64,000 nucleotides of DNA from an uncultured delta proteobacterium (GCA_963798485.1 CAWCTR010000030.1:128001-192000); one strand, 5' to 3'; positions 28,947 through 40,311 are shown, counted from the first letter of the stretch. Numbers and translations are program-made. The notes: generated by a model from the letters alone, not told the origin.

Positions 28947-29852
28947 ATGAATAAACCAACATGCAGCATTATCGTGCCCTGTTATAACTCATCAAAATAT
29001 CTTCCAGCATGCCTAGATTCCCTTCTCCGGCAGACTTATGTAGATTTTGAGGTGGTGATCATTGATGACGGGTCGACCGATGACACAGATAATGTGATAA
29101 AACCCTATCTGAATGACTCTCGCATGAAATATATCAAACAACAAAATGCCGGACCGGCGAAAGCGAGAAATAAAGGGATTAAGAGTGCAGAAGGTAATTT
29201 CATAGCATTTCTGGATTCAGACGATCTATGGAAAGCAACTAAACTTGAAAAACAGATGCAGCTATTTGCTGATTCTTCTGTTGGTGTTATTTATAGCACT
29301 GCACGATATATCAATGATCTTGGACAGGATGTGTGCTCCCTAAATCGAATGGAGTATCTTAAGCCGCGTGAAGGGAAAGTGACTGACTTCCTGTTTGTCG
29401 ATAATTTTGTTCCCTTCTCTTCCGTTGTCATTCGCAGAGAATGCCTCGATAAAGCAGGTCTGTTTGATGAAGAACTCGGCTCTTCGGAGGATTGGGATTT
29501 ATTGTTGCGTATTTCCGTCTTCTTCGAATTTCGTTATATTGATGAACCGTTGTTATATTATAGATTACATAGTAATCAGGTTTCTCGTGATACTGAGAAA
29601 AGGTTTCTGTATAATGAAAAGATAAGAGAAAAATTTATTAAATGCAACAATGGTTTCATATCACGTAGTATAATCCGACAGGCTGCCGTTTACACATATA
29701 TCCAAGCCGCCTGCTTTTATCAATCAGTCGACATACGCAGGGCGATAAAATACTCTATTCATGCCCTGAGAATAGCTCCCTTGGATATGGGAGTGATTAC
29801 AGGATTCATAAAAACTTGTCTCATGGCCTGTTATTCATTGGGAAGACGATAA
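28947..29852 (+). CDS. Glycosyltransferase family 2
   Basis: IIVPCYN, DDGSTD, ARNKG, FLDSDD, EDWDL. Confidence 0.92.
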   Translation: MNKPTCSIIVPCYNSSKYLPACLDSLLRQTYVDFEVVIIDDGSTDDTDNVIKPYLNDSRMKYIKQQNAGPAKARNKGIKSAEGNFIAFLDSDDLWKATKLEKQMQLFADSSVGVIYSTARYINDLGQDVCSLNRMEYLKPREGKVTDFLFVDNFVPFSSVVIRRECLDKAGLFDEELGSSEDWDLLLRISVFFEFRYIDEPLLYYRLHSNQVSRDTEKRFLYNEKIREKFIKCNNGFISRSIIRQAAVYTYIQAACFYQSVDIRRAIKYSIHALRIAPLDMGVITGFIKTCLMACYSLGRR

Positions 29853-29951
29853 GGTTTATTGCTCCGCGATATCCAAAAGGTAAAATTTATGACCGTGGAA
29901 GGATTAACCAGTGAAGAGAAGAGAAAGAATCTCAGGAAAGATTGACTCTCA

Positions 29952-31243
29952 ATGGAAGGCCTCATAGACACTAAGAATGATCCAGATTATACCATAACAG
30001 TTTCTTCTCACGTATCTGAAGACGATGAGACCGCCACAAGTTTGCTGTCTTTTTACATGTTTCTTATCCTGACGTTCATGCTCATTGGAAGACCACAAGA
30101 CGTTTTCATGTTTCTTCGGCCGCTACGGCCCAGCCTAATGGTCTCCTTAATTAATGTAGCATTGGTTCTATTGCAGGGCAGAAGCATTTTTGAAGGGCTT
30201 CTCAGACAATCCATCGGGAGAAAATATCTCTATTTTTTTGAAATGATGATAGTAAGCATACCGTTTGCCTACTTTAGAAGGAATGCATTTGAATTTGTCG
30301 TCTTTCAATACAGTATGAATATGTTATACTTTTGCCTCTTCATTACACATGTCAATTCTTATGATAGAATGAAAGCATTAGTTTTCACGATAGTCTGTTC
30401 AATCTTCTTTTACGGGGTAGTGAGTCTGCGTGGGGGAATCAGCATAGGAGGGAGGTATACTTTTGGATCTATGTACGATCCGAATGATCTGGCGTACCTG
30501 CTAGTGTCACTTGTACCCTTCACGGGTCTTTTTTTCCAGGGGCGTGAAAAGTGGACAACCATGATCCTTGCTATCGTAACTGCTACATATCTCTTATATT
30601 GATTGTATATACCGGTTCCAGAGCCGGATTGATCGGACTTGTTATCCTCCTATTTCTTTTTCTTTTTACCAATATAAGCCCTGTGAAAAGATCGATTAAG
30701 ATCGTATTATTCATCGGTATCATCATTTTCACGGCCGCATATGCAGGGAAGATATTTACCGAGCGAAACTCTACTATCCTCAACCCCGGCGAGGATTACA
30801 ATGTCACAGATGAATACGGCCGCTTAGAACTCTGGAAAAAAGGGGTCGAGTTCACACTGATGAGGCCGTTGACAGGCGTCGGCGCCACATGTTTCCCTGA
30901 GGCAATCGGAGTCAACAGAAAAAAGCGGGGGATTCAGGAGAAATGGCAGGTCGTGCATAATGCATATCTGCAAATATCATCTGAACTGGGATTGATCGCA
31001 TTCATATTCTTTTTTCTGATGCTGAAAGAATCATTTCAGATCTTCAAAAATGCAAGGAGAATAGAAAATAATCTGGAAGGAATGACGTCTATTAATAGGC
31101 TTGCAGGTATTCTTCAAATAAGTTTCATATCCCACCTTTTTGTTGCGGCATTCCTTGCGCAAGGGTACTCTATCTTTTTCACCTTATTCTTTGCCTTTGC
31201 AGTGGTGATTAACAAGATGCAAGGCAGTTTCAAAGGAGGTTAA
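29952..31243 (+). pseudogene. O-antigen ligase/Wzy-like polymerase with one frameshift near 30586
   Basis: Multi-TM; DPNDLA in the first frame; TGSRAG, GRLELW, PLTGVG, HNAYLQISSELG in the second. Confidence 0.82.
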
Positions 31244-31245
31244 GA

Positions 31246-31878
31246 ATGGCTTTGGTTAAAAATATAAATCGCATATTAACCAAACTAATTGTTACTGCAA
31301 AAAATTTAAAAAGAACTGCTTACCATCATTATGGAAAACATAAATTCCCAATATTAATATTTATATATTATAGCATATTCAGATTTAATACATTTTATCT
31401 TCTTGGAATTAATCTATTAAATGATTTGCCTCCACACAATCTCGATAATTACTATAGGGTGGTAAAACCAAGCCTCGAAGAACTGGAAAAAATCAGGGAA
31501 GGGAAAGAACTCCCCAGAGAATTTTACTATGACAGGATTTTCAATATAAAAACATGCTATTTGGCCTTTAAGGAAGACGAGCTTGCCTACATACATTGGG
31601 TCTTATTCAAAGGAGACTATAACAGGTTTCTCATATTGGGAGATAAGGTGGCTGAACTGAACTACAACACAACGCTCAAGAAGTTTAGAGGTGATAAACT
31701 CATGGGAAAGATGGTGGCATACATCTGCGAAGATCTGAAAAAATCAGGGTTCAACAAGGCAGTGGGAGTGGCCCATGAATCAAACTTACCATCGATTAAA
31801 GCTACAGAGATTGCTGGTTGGCAGAGAATGGGTGTAATTAGGGCATGGGGCCCATTCAACAGGAAAGTGAAAGTCTGA
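31246..31878 (+). CDS. Hypothetical protein, probable GNAT fold
   Basis: C-terminal T..KFRG.KL and NLPSIKA....GW resemble GNAT motifs A and B. Confidence 0.55.
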   Translation: MALVKNINRILTKLIVTAKNLKRTAYHHYGKHKFPILIFIYYSIFRFNTFYLLGINLLNDLPPHNLDNYYRVVKPSLEELEKIREGKELPREFYYDRIFNIKTCYLAFKEDELAYIHWVLFKGDYNRFLILGDKVAELNYNTTLKKFRGDKLMGKMVAYICEDLKKSGFNKAVGVAHESNLPSIKATEIAGWQRMGVIRAWGPFNRKVKV

Positions 31879-31888
31879 AATAATAAAA

Positions 31889-33058
31889 ATGGTAAAGGTC
31901 GCATACATTTTAACCCCTGTTGAATTCGGAGGTTCTGAAAAAGTAAATATTACCTTTTTAAGAAATACTAACAGGGAACGTTACGATATACACCCTATTC
32001 TTCTTGTTCGCCCCTGGGAGAGTGATAATCTGTTCACAAGAGTGATAGAAGACGCTGAATATTCTGTTTCGAGAATTCCAGTTGCCGTAAAACAGCGCCA
32101 TGAGGGGGTAGATTATTTCAGGGTTGCACGTTGCATCCTGTATCTGTATCGGATTGTGCGGGAAGGTAAATTCCATCTGGTGCACACTCATGGTTATTTT
32201 GCTGATATTATTGCCATGCCTGTTTGCAAGCTTCTGGGAATTCCACAAATATCAACATGTCACGGTTTCATCTCCAACGACTCAACTCTGAAATTGTATA
32301 ACTTGTTAGACAAGATCATACTCCGGTTCTGTAAGAAGATAATTGCCGTCTCTTCAGAGATAATGAACGATCTGGTAAGAAGCAGGATAAAAGAATCACG
32401 CATTGTTGTGATCCAGAATGCGGTTCAGATTCCCTATGGGAATAAAGAATTCGAAGATCACAGAATCAATAAAAGGCAACAACTCTTGATAGATAGCGAT
32501 ATCTTTGTGGTAGGATATGTCGGCCGATTAAGCGAGGAGAAGGGTGTCCGTTATCTGATTGAATCTGTTTCGTTACTGAAAGAAGACGGGGTATCATTCA
32601 AGCTCATCATACTTGGCGATGGTCCGAAGAGAAATGAATTAGAAACCCTCACTAAGTTGCAAGGGGTTGATAAATATATTGAGTTCTTAGGGTTTCAGAG
32701 TGACATCGAAGAGTGGCTACCTGCCCTGGATGTTTTAGTTTTACCCTCCTTGTCCGAAGGGACCCCCATGGCTTTGCTCGAGGCAATGTCCGTGGGCATA
32801 CCCATTATTGCCACTGCAGTGGGAGGGGTGCCGGGGGTTGTCTCTGATGGCGTGAACGGGTTTCTGGTTGAACCTGGAGACGTGTACGGGTTGAAAGAAA
32901 AAATGCTGACATTGTTTGAGAACAGTGAATTAAGAAACAAGCTGTCAGCGGGTGCCATCAAAACTGTTGAAGAAAAGTTCAATGCTTATGACTGGTGTAG
33001 AAAAATTGAACAGCAATATAATCTCCTTTTCCAGGGAAAGGCACCATCATGTGGTTGA
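31889..33058 (+). CDS. Glycosyltransferase family 4
   Basis: GGSE, HTHG, VGRLSEEKG, PSLSEGTPMALLEAM. Confidence 0.92.
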   Translation: MVKVAYILTPVEFGGSEKVNITFLRNTNRERYDIHPILLVRPWESDNLFTRVIEDAEYSVSRIPVAVKQRHEGVDYFRVARCILYLYRIVREGKFHLVHTHGYFADIIAMPVCKLLGIPQISTCHGFISNDSTLKLYNLLDKIILRFCKKIIAVSSEIMNDLVRSRIKESRIVVIQNAVQIPYGNKEFEDHRINKRQQLLIDSDIFVVGYVGRLSEEKGVRYLIESVSLLKEDGVSFKLIILGDGPKRNELETLTKLQGVDKYIEFLGFQSDIEEWLPALDVLVLPSLSEGTPMALLEAMSVGIPIIATAVGGVPGVVSDGVNGFLVEPGDVYGLKEKMLTLFENSELRNKLSAGAIKTVEEKFNAYDWCRKIEQQYNLLFQGKAPSCG

Positions 33059-34275
33059 TGCCCGTGTATGTGACCGTTATAATGCTTTTGATCTATTTGG
33101 CTTTATCGACAATTTATCAGCTGGTTCTGGCTGCAGTCTATTTTGTTGTCCCTGAAAGAAAACAGCTTCAACCGGATAAGCATAATCGATTTGCCATACT
33201 GGTGCCTGCTCATAATGAAGAGCTGCTCATTTCCCGTTTGTGCGAGAGCCTCTTGGGAATTCGGTATCCCCGGGATAAGTTCGTCATATATATCATTGCA
33301 GATAATTGCACCGATGAGACGGCTTTGATATCGGGCCGTTATTCAGTAAGATTGCTGACACGCAACGATACATCGCATACAGGAAAAGGGCATGCCATCA
33401 ACTGGGCGCTCGGGTTGGTTCCGTTGGGAGATTTCGAGGCTGTATTAATTGTGGATGCTGATAACATTGTTGATCCGAATATTCTCGATGAGCTTAATAT
33501 CAAGATAGACAGCGGTGAGCAGGCCATCCAATGCAATAATGCAGTCGGCAACCGTGGAGACAGCTGGTTTACCCAGCTCCTTTTTGTTTCGCGCACAGTG
33601 GGTAACCTCCTGTATCACCATTCTAAATATAAATTGGGCCTTTCATCCTACTTGATGGGTAATGGTATCTGCTTTTCAACCAAGCTCTTGGCGAGAAAAC
33701 AATGGACAGCATTCTCAGTGGGTGAGGATTGGGAATACTACGCGCAATTGATCCAGGATCGAATCAAGATAGGGTACGCCGTCAAAGCCAAGGTGTTTCA
33801 TCAGGAATCCCGCTCATTGAAACAGGCGACGACACAGAGACTGCGATGGTCGAGCGGCAGATTCCAGGTGTTAAGGGAATATGGTATCAGCCTTTTCAAG
33901 GATGGAATAACAAAACGTGATTTGTTTACGTTAGATGCGTCTCTACCCCTGATTTTCCCAAACTATTCTCTGCAGATCAATCTCACTATCATTTACCTGA
34001 TCCTTTCTGTCATATTCACTGCGTCATATTTTCGGCGAGTACTTCTAGCTATAGGGTTATTCCTGGTAATAGGCCAGATTACATTATTTATGGCCGGGAT
34101 ATACCTATCTAAGTCTTATAAAGAGATATTCAAAGCGATTCTTCATGCCCCATTTTTTCTGATATGGAAGGCCGTCATCGATCTTTTAAGTTTTACGGGT
34201 ACTTACCGGGAGAGAAAATGGATTCGTACACAAAGGCATATTTCCAATGATAAACTAGGATCGAAAAACAACTGA
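33049..34275 (+). CDS. Glycosyltransferase family 2, membrane-bound
   Basis: PAHNEE, ADNCTD, GKG.A, VDADN, GED, QRLRW (QxxRW). Confidence 0.9.
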   Translation: MWLMPVYVTVIMLLIYLALSTIYQLVLAAVYFVVPERKQLQPDKHNRFAILVPAHNEELLISRLCESLLGIRYPRDKFVIYIIADNCTDETALISGRYSVRLLTRNDTSHTGKGHAINWALGLVPLGDFEAVLIVDADNIVDPNILDELNIKIDSGEQAIQCNNAVGNRGDSWFTQLLFVSRTVGNLLYHHSKYKLGLSSYLMGNGICFSTKLLARKQWTAFSVGEDWEYYAQLIQDRIKIGYAVKAKVFHQESRSLKQATTQRLRWSSGRFQVLREYGISLFKDGITKRDLFTLDASLPLIFPNYSLQINLTIIYLILSVIFTASYFRRVLLAIGLFLVIGQITLFMAGIYLSKSYKEIFKAILHAPFFLIWKAVIDLLSFTGTYRERKWIRTQRHISNDKLGSKNN

Positions 34276-34280
34276 ATGCC

Positions 34281-34835
34281 ATGAAATTTAATGTGAAGGA
34301 AATCAAGAGAACTGTTTATTGGATACTTTATTATGTCTTTGCAAGACATCTCCCAAGTAATTATGCACCGTATGCTTTTGGAGCTAAAAAGCTGAGGGCA
34401 TTTCTTTGCAGGCCACTTTTTCAATATTTCGGAAAGAATGTAGATATAGGGCCCAAAGTTGAATTTTTTAATGTCCGTAAATCTGAGATCGGAGATAATT
34501 CCGGCATCGGAGCCTATTCTTCAATTGGGACTATAATAATTGGTAATCATGTAATGATGGGAACACATTGTCTTATCTTAAGCCAAAACCATCACTTCGA
34601 TGATCTCACTGTGCCAATGTCTCAGCAGGGTTTCCAGGAAGACAGGCCAGTCGTGATTGAAGACGACGTCTGGATAGGCAGCAGAGTGATCATACTGCCC
34701 GGTGTTAGAATCGGACATGGTTCGGTCATAGGCGCCGGGGCGGTTGTTACTAAAAGTGTTGAACCATATACGATCGTCGGTGGCAATCCTGCCAAGGTAA
34801 TAGGACACAGAAATGGCGTATGTGAAGAAGATTAA
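34281..34835 (+). CDS. Hexapeptide-repeat O-acetyltransferase
   Basis: IGDNSGIG, IEDDVWIG, LPGVRIG, GAGAVVTK, GGNPAK. Confidence 0.9.
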   Translation: MKFNVKEIKRTVYWILYYVFARHLPSNYAPYAFGAKKLRAFLCRPLFQYFGKNVDIGPKVEFFNVRKSEIGDNSGIGAYSSIGTIIIGNHVMMGTHCLILSQNHHFDDLTVPMSQQGFQEDRPVVIEDDVWIGSRVIILPGVRIGHGSVIGAGAVVTKSVEPYTIVGGNPAKVIGHRNGVCEED

Positions 34836-35947
34836 TCTTCTTTTTGTGTTGATCCAAGTAGCCATGGGAGGCACTGAAAGAATAGTGCTTGACTTGGTAC
34901 GAAAGATCGACCGGACTCGGTTTAATATATTTATGGCCTATTTCAATGATGGAGCTATGAAAAAGGCTTTTGAAGAGGTATGCCAAGGGATCTACAGAAT
35001 TCCAAAGAGGAATGGTCTTGATCCTTTTGCTATGCAAAGAATCTCAAGCATAATTAAAGAAAATCATATCGATGTAATCAATGCGCATCATTATCATGCC
35101 GTTCTTCTATAGTTTCCCTGGGAGTAGAATTCTGCACAGGAAGAAATTGATTTATACCGAACATTCTGTGCTCGAGGTAGAAACAATTTTATCAAGTAAG
35201 CACAGAAAAGTACTCTCATTAATGATGCCACACACAAATATTGTGATGGGTATATCAAGAGAAATAGGGGAGACTTTCAAGAATGCTTATCCAAAGTATT
35301 CGGATAAGATTCGAGTCATAGTTAACGGGGTGGATGTTGATCGATTCAATATTTCAGTTGATCGCGACAAGTTGAGGTCTGACTGGGGAATTTCACCAGC
35401 CCACTTTGTCATTGAAACCGTTGCTAATTTTCGAAGGGTAAAGAATCACGTCTGTCTCATAAGGGCACTTAAACAGTTGAGCGCCACCTATCCCCAAGTC
35501 CGAGTTTTACTTGTCGGGCAAGGATTTCCCCAAGATGATGAGAATTCAGAGGGGCAGGTGAGAGACCTCATCAAAATGTATGGCCTTCAGGGGAAAGTTA
35601 TCTTTACAGGGTTCCAGAATGATATACCCAGTATGCTGAAGATATCAGATGTGTTTTGCCTGCCGTCATTTTCTGAAGGACTTCCCGTGGGTGTCCTGGA
35701 GGCAATGGCGGCAAAAATACCTGTTGTTGGAAGTGATGTTAAGGGGATAAACGAAATCGTTCTTCAAGAAAACACAGGGCTTCTCTTTTCTTCTGATGAC
35801 GAGAATGCCCTTGCTCATGCCCTCGAACGTTTGATCAAAGATACAACTCTTAGAGATCTAATATCCAGTAATGCATATGAGTATGTTTGTAAAGAGCATG
35901 GGTTATTACAGTGGGTTGCAGCATATGAATGTTTATTTGAAATTTAA
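34813..35947 (+). pseudogene. Glycosyltransferase family 4 with one frameshift near 35094
   Basis: MGGTE..INAHHY in the first frame; YTEH, NGVD, KNH, PSFSEGLPVGVLEAM in the second. Confidence 0.85.
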
Positions 35948-36334
35948 TAAAAGTTGATAGATAAGAACCATTTGAGATGTAGCATAGTTCATAGGAGATT
36001 GTGGTTTTCATGATTACATTATCGAATGTGAAGGAACAAAATTGTTTCTTCGCATAAGAGGATAAATTGTATAATATACTTTGTTAAAGCCTCCCCATAT
36101 TCTTATCCTTGAATTATCATCAGAGAACAAGATAAAAACTAGCAAGGCTTTCTTGAGATAATATATTATTAATGGAAATAATTAAACATATCTTGATTCT
36201 CGGTTATATAAGTATATAAGAGCATTAGGATTGATTTTAAGTTAATTATTATCATATGTTTTTAGAACACCATATCACCTGGACTTCACGGTACTCTAAA
36301 TTAATCAGCTTAAGTTGGTGTGTGAATTAATATA

Positions 36335-36350
36335 TGGCATGATCGTTGCT
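36335..36350 (+). promoter_or_regulatory. Sigma54 (RpoN) -24/-12 promoter
   Basis: TGGCATGATCGTTGCT with correct GG-N10-GC spacing, 43 nt upstream of the ATG at 36394. Confidence 0.72.
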
Positions 36351-36393
36351 TGATAAATAATTGATTAATACATATCACCTGAGGAGAAATAAA

Positions 36394-38955
36394 ATGAGAC
36401 AACCAAACAAATATATGATTGGAGCTATTGTTTTATGTCTTAGTTTATTAATACTTACATGCGAAACCAAGGCAGATCAAGACCCCCCTTTCTCTTCAAC
36501 ATTTAATTGCACTGCAGCAAACGTAGTCAGTGGTTGGGGTGGGTGCGATCAATATACATATTGGGGACCATCAGCAGGAACTACAAGTCACACCCAAATT
36601 ACAAGTTCTGCCAATAATCCCCTTGGGAGTGGGAATGGTCTTAGGACATGGATAAATTGTGATGGGGCTGGAACTGTTAATTTTTCAGAAACCATAGTCC
36701 ACGGATTCGTTAATTATCAGAAAGAACTATGGATCAGATTTTATATAAGATTTCAAACCGGAATCGTTGCATCGAACCTAGAATACAATAAACTATTCTA
36801 TATCTACCCCAATGATACCGCCAGATCCGCCGGTATTGCTTGCATCCCCGAATTATATAATCCTGATCAATTCACTATCAATGCTCAAGCAACCAGTAAT
36901 CCTTTGCAGGCATTAGGAGACAACTGCGGATTTTCCACAATGAATGGTGGAACGACAGGAAACAATAGTTGGCACTGTATAGAAATACATATAAAAATGG
37001 ACACGAACGCAACCAGCGCCAGTTCTACCGGGAATGGCATAGCTCAAATGTGGTTGGATGGTGTTCTGAAAATTAATAATACATCCATGAATTTTTCCTG
37101 CGGCAATTCTAATGCAAAGTTAGGCTGGCTCTATTATCAAATCCCCAACAATGCTAATACTGGTGCATACAATACCAGCGGCAGTGATATGTATTTGGAT
37201 TGGGATGATATAGCTGTCAGTAATACTGGGTATATAGGTCCTCTTGGTACAGTTGCACCACCCACACAATCTTCTCCTGTCGCAAATTTCTCAGCAACAC
37301 CACTGAGTGGCACCGCTCCTCTCACAGTGTCCTTTACCGATACAAGTACCAATTCCCCCACATCATGGGCATGGGATTTCGATAATAATGGGACCACTGA
37401 TAGCACATCACAAAATCCCACATATCAATACACCTCAGTTGGGACATACTCGGTAAAACTAACTGCTACGAACGCTTCGGGTTCCAATAGTATAACCCAA
37501 ACTGGATATATCACCGTACTACCAGCTACACCTGTCGCGAGTTTCTCAGCGACTCCCCTTAGTGGTACCGCTCCCCTTACAGTGTCCTTTACCGATACAA
37601 GTACCAATTCCCCTACATCATGGGCATGGGATTTCGATAATAATGGGACCACTGATAGCACATCACAAAATCCCACGTATCAATACACCTCGGCTGGGAC
37701 ATACTCGGTAAAACTAACTGCTACGAACGCTTCGGGTTCCAATAGTATAACCCAAACTGGATATATCACCGTACTACCAGCTACACCTATCGCAAGTTTC
37801 TCAGCGACTCCCCTTAGTGGTACCGCTCCCCTTACAGTGTCCTTTACCGATACAAGTACCAATTCCCCTACATCATGGGCATGGGATTTCGATAATAATG
37901 GGACTACTGATAGCACATCACGAAATCCCACATATCAATACACCTCGGCTGGGACATATTCGGTAAAACTGACTGCTACGAATGCTTCGGGTTCCAATAG
38001 TATAACCCAAACTGGATATATCACCGTGAATGATAGTAGTAGTTCTGGAAGCTCGAGTTCAGGCACCACGCTCTTTACTGAGTCATTTGATGATAGCAAT
38101 TTTAGTGCAAGAGGCTGGTACGATAATACGGCACAAGTGATATCCACGGATGAGCACTATGAGGGAAACTCCTCCCTCCAATGGGCCTGGGCAGCCGGTG
38201 ATATCACCCCGGCCGGTGGAGCTAGCATGCGAAAGTCGTTCACACCTTCTGATTCCGTTTATGTGAGTTATTGGGTAAAACACAGCAGCAATTGGGTAGG
38301 GTCAGGTATAGCTACTCATCCCCACCTATTTTACATCCTTACAGATACATCAACTGCATATAACCAGCTAGCATGGACTGAAACCACAGCTTATATTGAG
38401 GAAAATAGTGGGGTTCCAAGGTTAGCATTGCAGGATGGCCAGAATGTGAATACATCGGGTACCCTCCCAGACAATTTGTGTTCAACTACCGAGAACAGGG
38501 CTGTAGATGGTTGCAATGGAAGTTGTGATAGTTATCCTGCAGGATCTTGTTATGCACAAGGTAGCGGGTATATGAATGGTCGCTATTTTGATGCTTCGGG
38601 TGTATACTTCTCTGATACGGCAGGGTCATATTACAAGGGTGACTGGCATCATGTTGAGGCCTATTACCAGATGAACACCATTGTAGGCGGCGTAGGTCAA
38701 GCCAACGGAGTTGTGAGGTATTGGTATGATGGAACGCTCATTATTGATCATGCGGATGTCCTTATCAGGACCAACCAGAATGCTAACATGAAGTTCAATC
38801 AATTTGTGATGGGCCCCTACATGGGGGTTGCTTCACCGGTTGCACAGACCATGTGGATTGATAGCCTCACCGTTTCTACAGCAAGGCCAAGTGGGTCTGC
38901 AGATACGACTTTGCCGCCTACACCTTCAGGTGTACAGGTCAAAATAGTAAATTAA
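36394..38955 (+). CDS. Secreted protein: two jelly-roll (polysaccharide lyase/ConA-like) domains flanking three PKD domains
   Basis: Signal peptide; 3x PVA.FSATPLSGTAPLTVSFTD.ST..PTSWAWDFD; WH.IE...NG....W.DG motif in both terminal domains; GAGGAG RBS. Confidence 0.8.
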   Translation: MRQPNKYMIGAIVLCLSLLILTCETKADQDPPFSSTFNCTAANVVSGWGGCDQYTYWGPSAGTTSHTQITSSANNPLGSGNGLRTWINCDGAGTVNFSETIVHGFVNYQKELWIRFYIRFQTGIVASNLEYNKLFYIYPNDTARSAGIACIPELYNPDQFTINAQATSNPLQALGDNCGFSTMNGGTTGNNSWHCIEIHIKMDTNATSASSTGNGIAQMWLDGVLKINNTSMNFSCGNSNAKLGWLYYQIPNNANTGAYNTSGSDMYLDWDDIAVSNTGYIGPLGTVAPPTQSSPVANFSATPLSGTAPLTVSFTDTSTNSPTSWAWDFDNNGTTDSTSQNPTYQYTSVGTYSVKLTATNASGSNSITQTGYITVLPATPVASFSATPLSGTAPLTVSFTDTSTNSPTSWAWDFDNNGTTDSTSQNPTYQYTSAGTYSVKLTATNASGSNSITQTGYITVLPATPIASFSATPLSGTAPLTVSFTDTSTNSPTSWAWDFDNNGTTDSTSRNPTYQYTSAGTYSVKLTATNASGSNSITQTGYITVNDSSSSGSSSSGTTLFTESFDDSNFSARGWYDNTAQVISTDEHYEGNSSLQWAWAAGDITPAGGASMRKSFTPSDSVYVSYWVKHSSNWVGSGIATHPHLFYILTDTSTAYNQLAWTETTAYIEENSGVPRLALQDGQNVNTSGTLPDNLCSTTENRAVDGCNGSCDSYPAGSCYAQGSGYMNGRYFDASGVYFSDTAGSYYKGDWHHVEAYYQMNTIVGGVGQANGVVRYWYDGTLIIDHADVLIRTNQNANMKFNQFVMGPYMGVASPVAQTMWIDSLTVSTARPSGSADTTLPPTPSGVQVKIVN
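37276..38027 (+). repeat. Intragenic tandem repeat, 255-bp unit, about 3 copies (PKD domains)
   Basis: Units start at 37276, 37531 and 37786 with near-identical DNA. Confidence 0.95.
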
Positions 38956-38968
38956 GATGATGAGTTAT

Positions 38969-39010
38969 AGAGAACTCTCCGTACTCAAGTATGGGGAGTT
39001 CTCTTTCTCT
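38969..39010 (+). terminator. Probable intrinsic terminator
   Basis: AGAGAACTCTCCGTAC-TCAA-GTATGGGGAGTTCTCT followed by a pyrimidine run, 13 nt after the stop. Confidence 0.7.
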
Positions 39011-39225
39011 ATTATGATTATAATCTAAAAAAATAATCGAATTATACAACCTTATTATTGTGATGATTTCTTCTTGATATCCTTAGGTTCCATGTCTTTT
39101 AGATAAGAAGATTTTGCGGTACCTTTTTTTATCCAATACATAAGATTTACCCATCGAATTCATTGGTGGTTTTCCCTTTTAAACCTGGACGAACAATTAC
39201 AGCGGTTATGTAAAGGTAGCTCTCA

Positions 39226-40311
39226 ATGCGGCAGAATGGTTTCACAACCAATAATTTTGATATGATACGGTTATTTGCCGCATTTCAGGTGGCTTTACAT
39301 CATTCTGCTCAACACTTAAAAGTTGATCACTTGGATTGGTTTTTATTCAATTTCACTGTCCTCTTTCCCGGTGTCCCAATCTTTTTCTTCATCAGCGGTT
39401 TCCTGATCAGCAAATCATATGAAAACAGCTTAAATATAATCAATTATGCACAAAACAGAATATTGCGTATATATCCTGGTCTCATTGTTTGTGTATCGGT
39501 ATCGATTCTATCCGTCTGGCTGCTGGGTTATTTCAAGACAACAGATGCGAGTCTAATGGATGTGTTAGTATGGCTTCTGGCTCAGATATCTATCGTCCAG
39601 TGTTATAATCCTTCATTCATGCGGGCATATGGAGTAGGCACATTGGACGGAAGCCTGTGGACGATTGGGGTAGAGCTTCAGTTTTATGTTCTGGTTCCAA
39701 TCTTATATACCTTGTTCAACCTAAAAAATGGAAAAAGAAGAAATGTTTTATTGATCACGTTGATAGCCCTTTTCATGATTTTCAACAGGCTTTTCATCGG
39801 CCTTGAAGTGAGATATAGCAGCAATATTTTATATAAACTGATCGGAATCTCATTTATCCCATGGTTTTATATGTTTTTAACCGGTGTCTTTATTCAGCGG
39901 AATTATGATGTGTTAGGGAAGTACCTGGAGAATAAAGCCCATTTCACGATTATAGTATATAGCTCTCTGGCACTATTACTGTACAAGGTTTTCCATTTCT
40001 CACTTAGTAATGGCATAAGTCCTTGGATTTTCATGCTACTGGCTCCCACCATTTTCTCTATAGCATTTTCCAAAAGGGGATTAAGTACCAAGCTGCTGAA
40101 AAAAAATGATGTCTCATACGGCATTTACATATATCATATGCCTATAGTTAATGCCCTGTTATACTTGGGGATATCCAAAACAATTCAATCTTTAGCGCTG
40201 ACGCTGGTATGCACTTTTCTTATTGCTGCAATTTCATGGAGAATCATCGAGAAACCAAGCCTTATGCTGAAACAACATCCCTTGAACCCGTTACGCATGG
40301 TTAATCCATGA
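39226..40311 (+). CDS. Acyltransferase family 3 (OafA-like)
   Basis: NNFD.IR, GVPIFFFISGFLI, RILRIYP, LWTIGVELQFY, SYGIYIYH, SW..IEKP. Confidence 0.9.
   Translation: MRQNGFTTNNFDMIRLFAAFQVALHHSAQHLKVDHLDWFLFNFTVLFPGVPIFFFISGFLISKSYENSLNIINYAQNRILRIYPGLIVCVSVSILSVWLLGYFKTTDASLMDVLVWLLAQISIVQCYNPSFMRAYGVGTLDGSLWTIGVELQFYVLVPILYTLFNLKNGKRRNVLLITLIALFMIFNRLFIGLEVRYSSNILYKLIGISFIPWFYMFLTGVFIQRNYDVLGKYLENKAHFTIIVYSSLALLLYKVFHFSLSNGISPWIFMLLAPTIFSIAFSKRGLSTKLLKKNDVSYGIYIYHMPIVNALLYLGISKTIQSLALTLVCTFLIAAISWRIIEKPSLMLKQHPLNPLRMVNP

Noticed and set aside
36026-36055. Inverted repeat ATGTGAAGGAACAA-AA-TTGTTTCTTCGCAT as an enhancer site
   Set aside because: Cannot be told apart from a weak terminator and is not repeated upstream of the other sigma54 promoter
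37276-38027. Tandem repeat as a CRISPR array
   Set aside because: 255-bp in-frame coding units with no unique spacers; no cas genes
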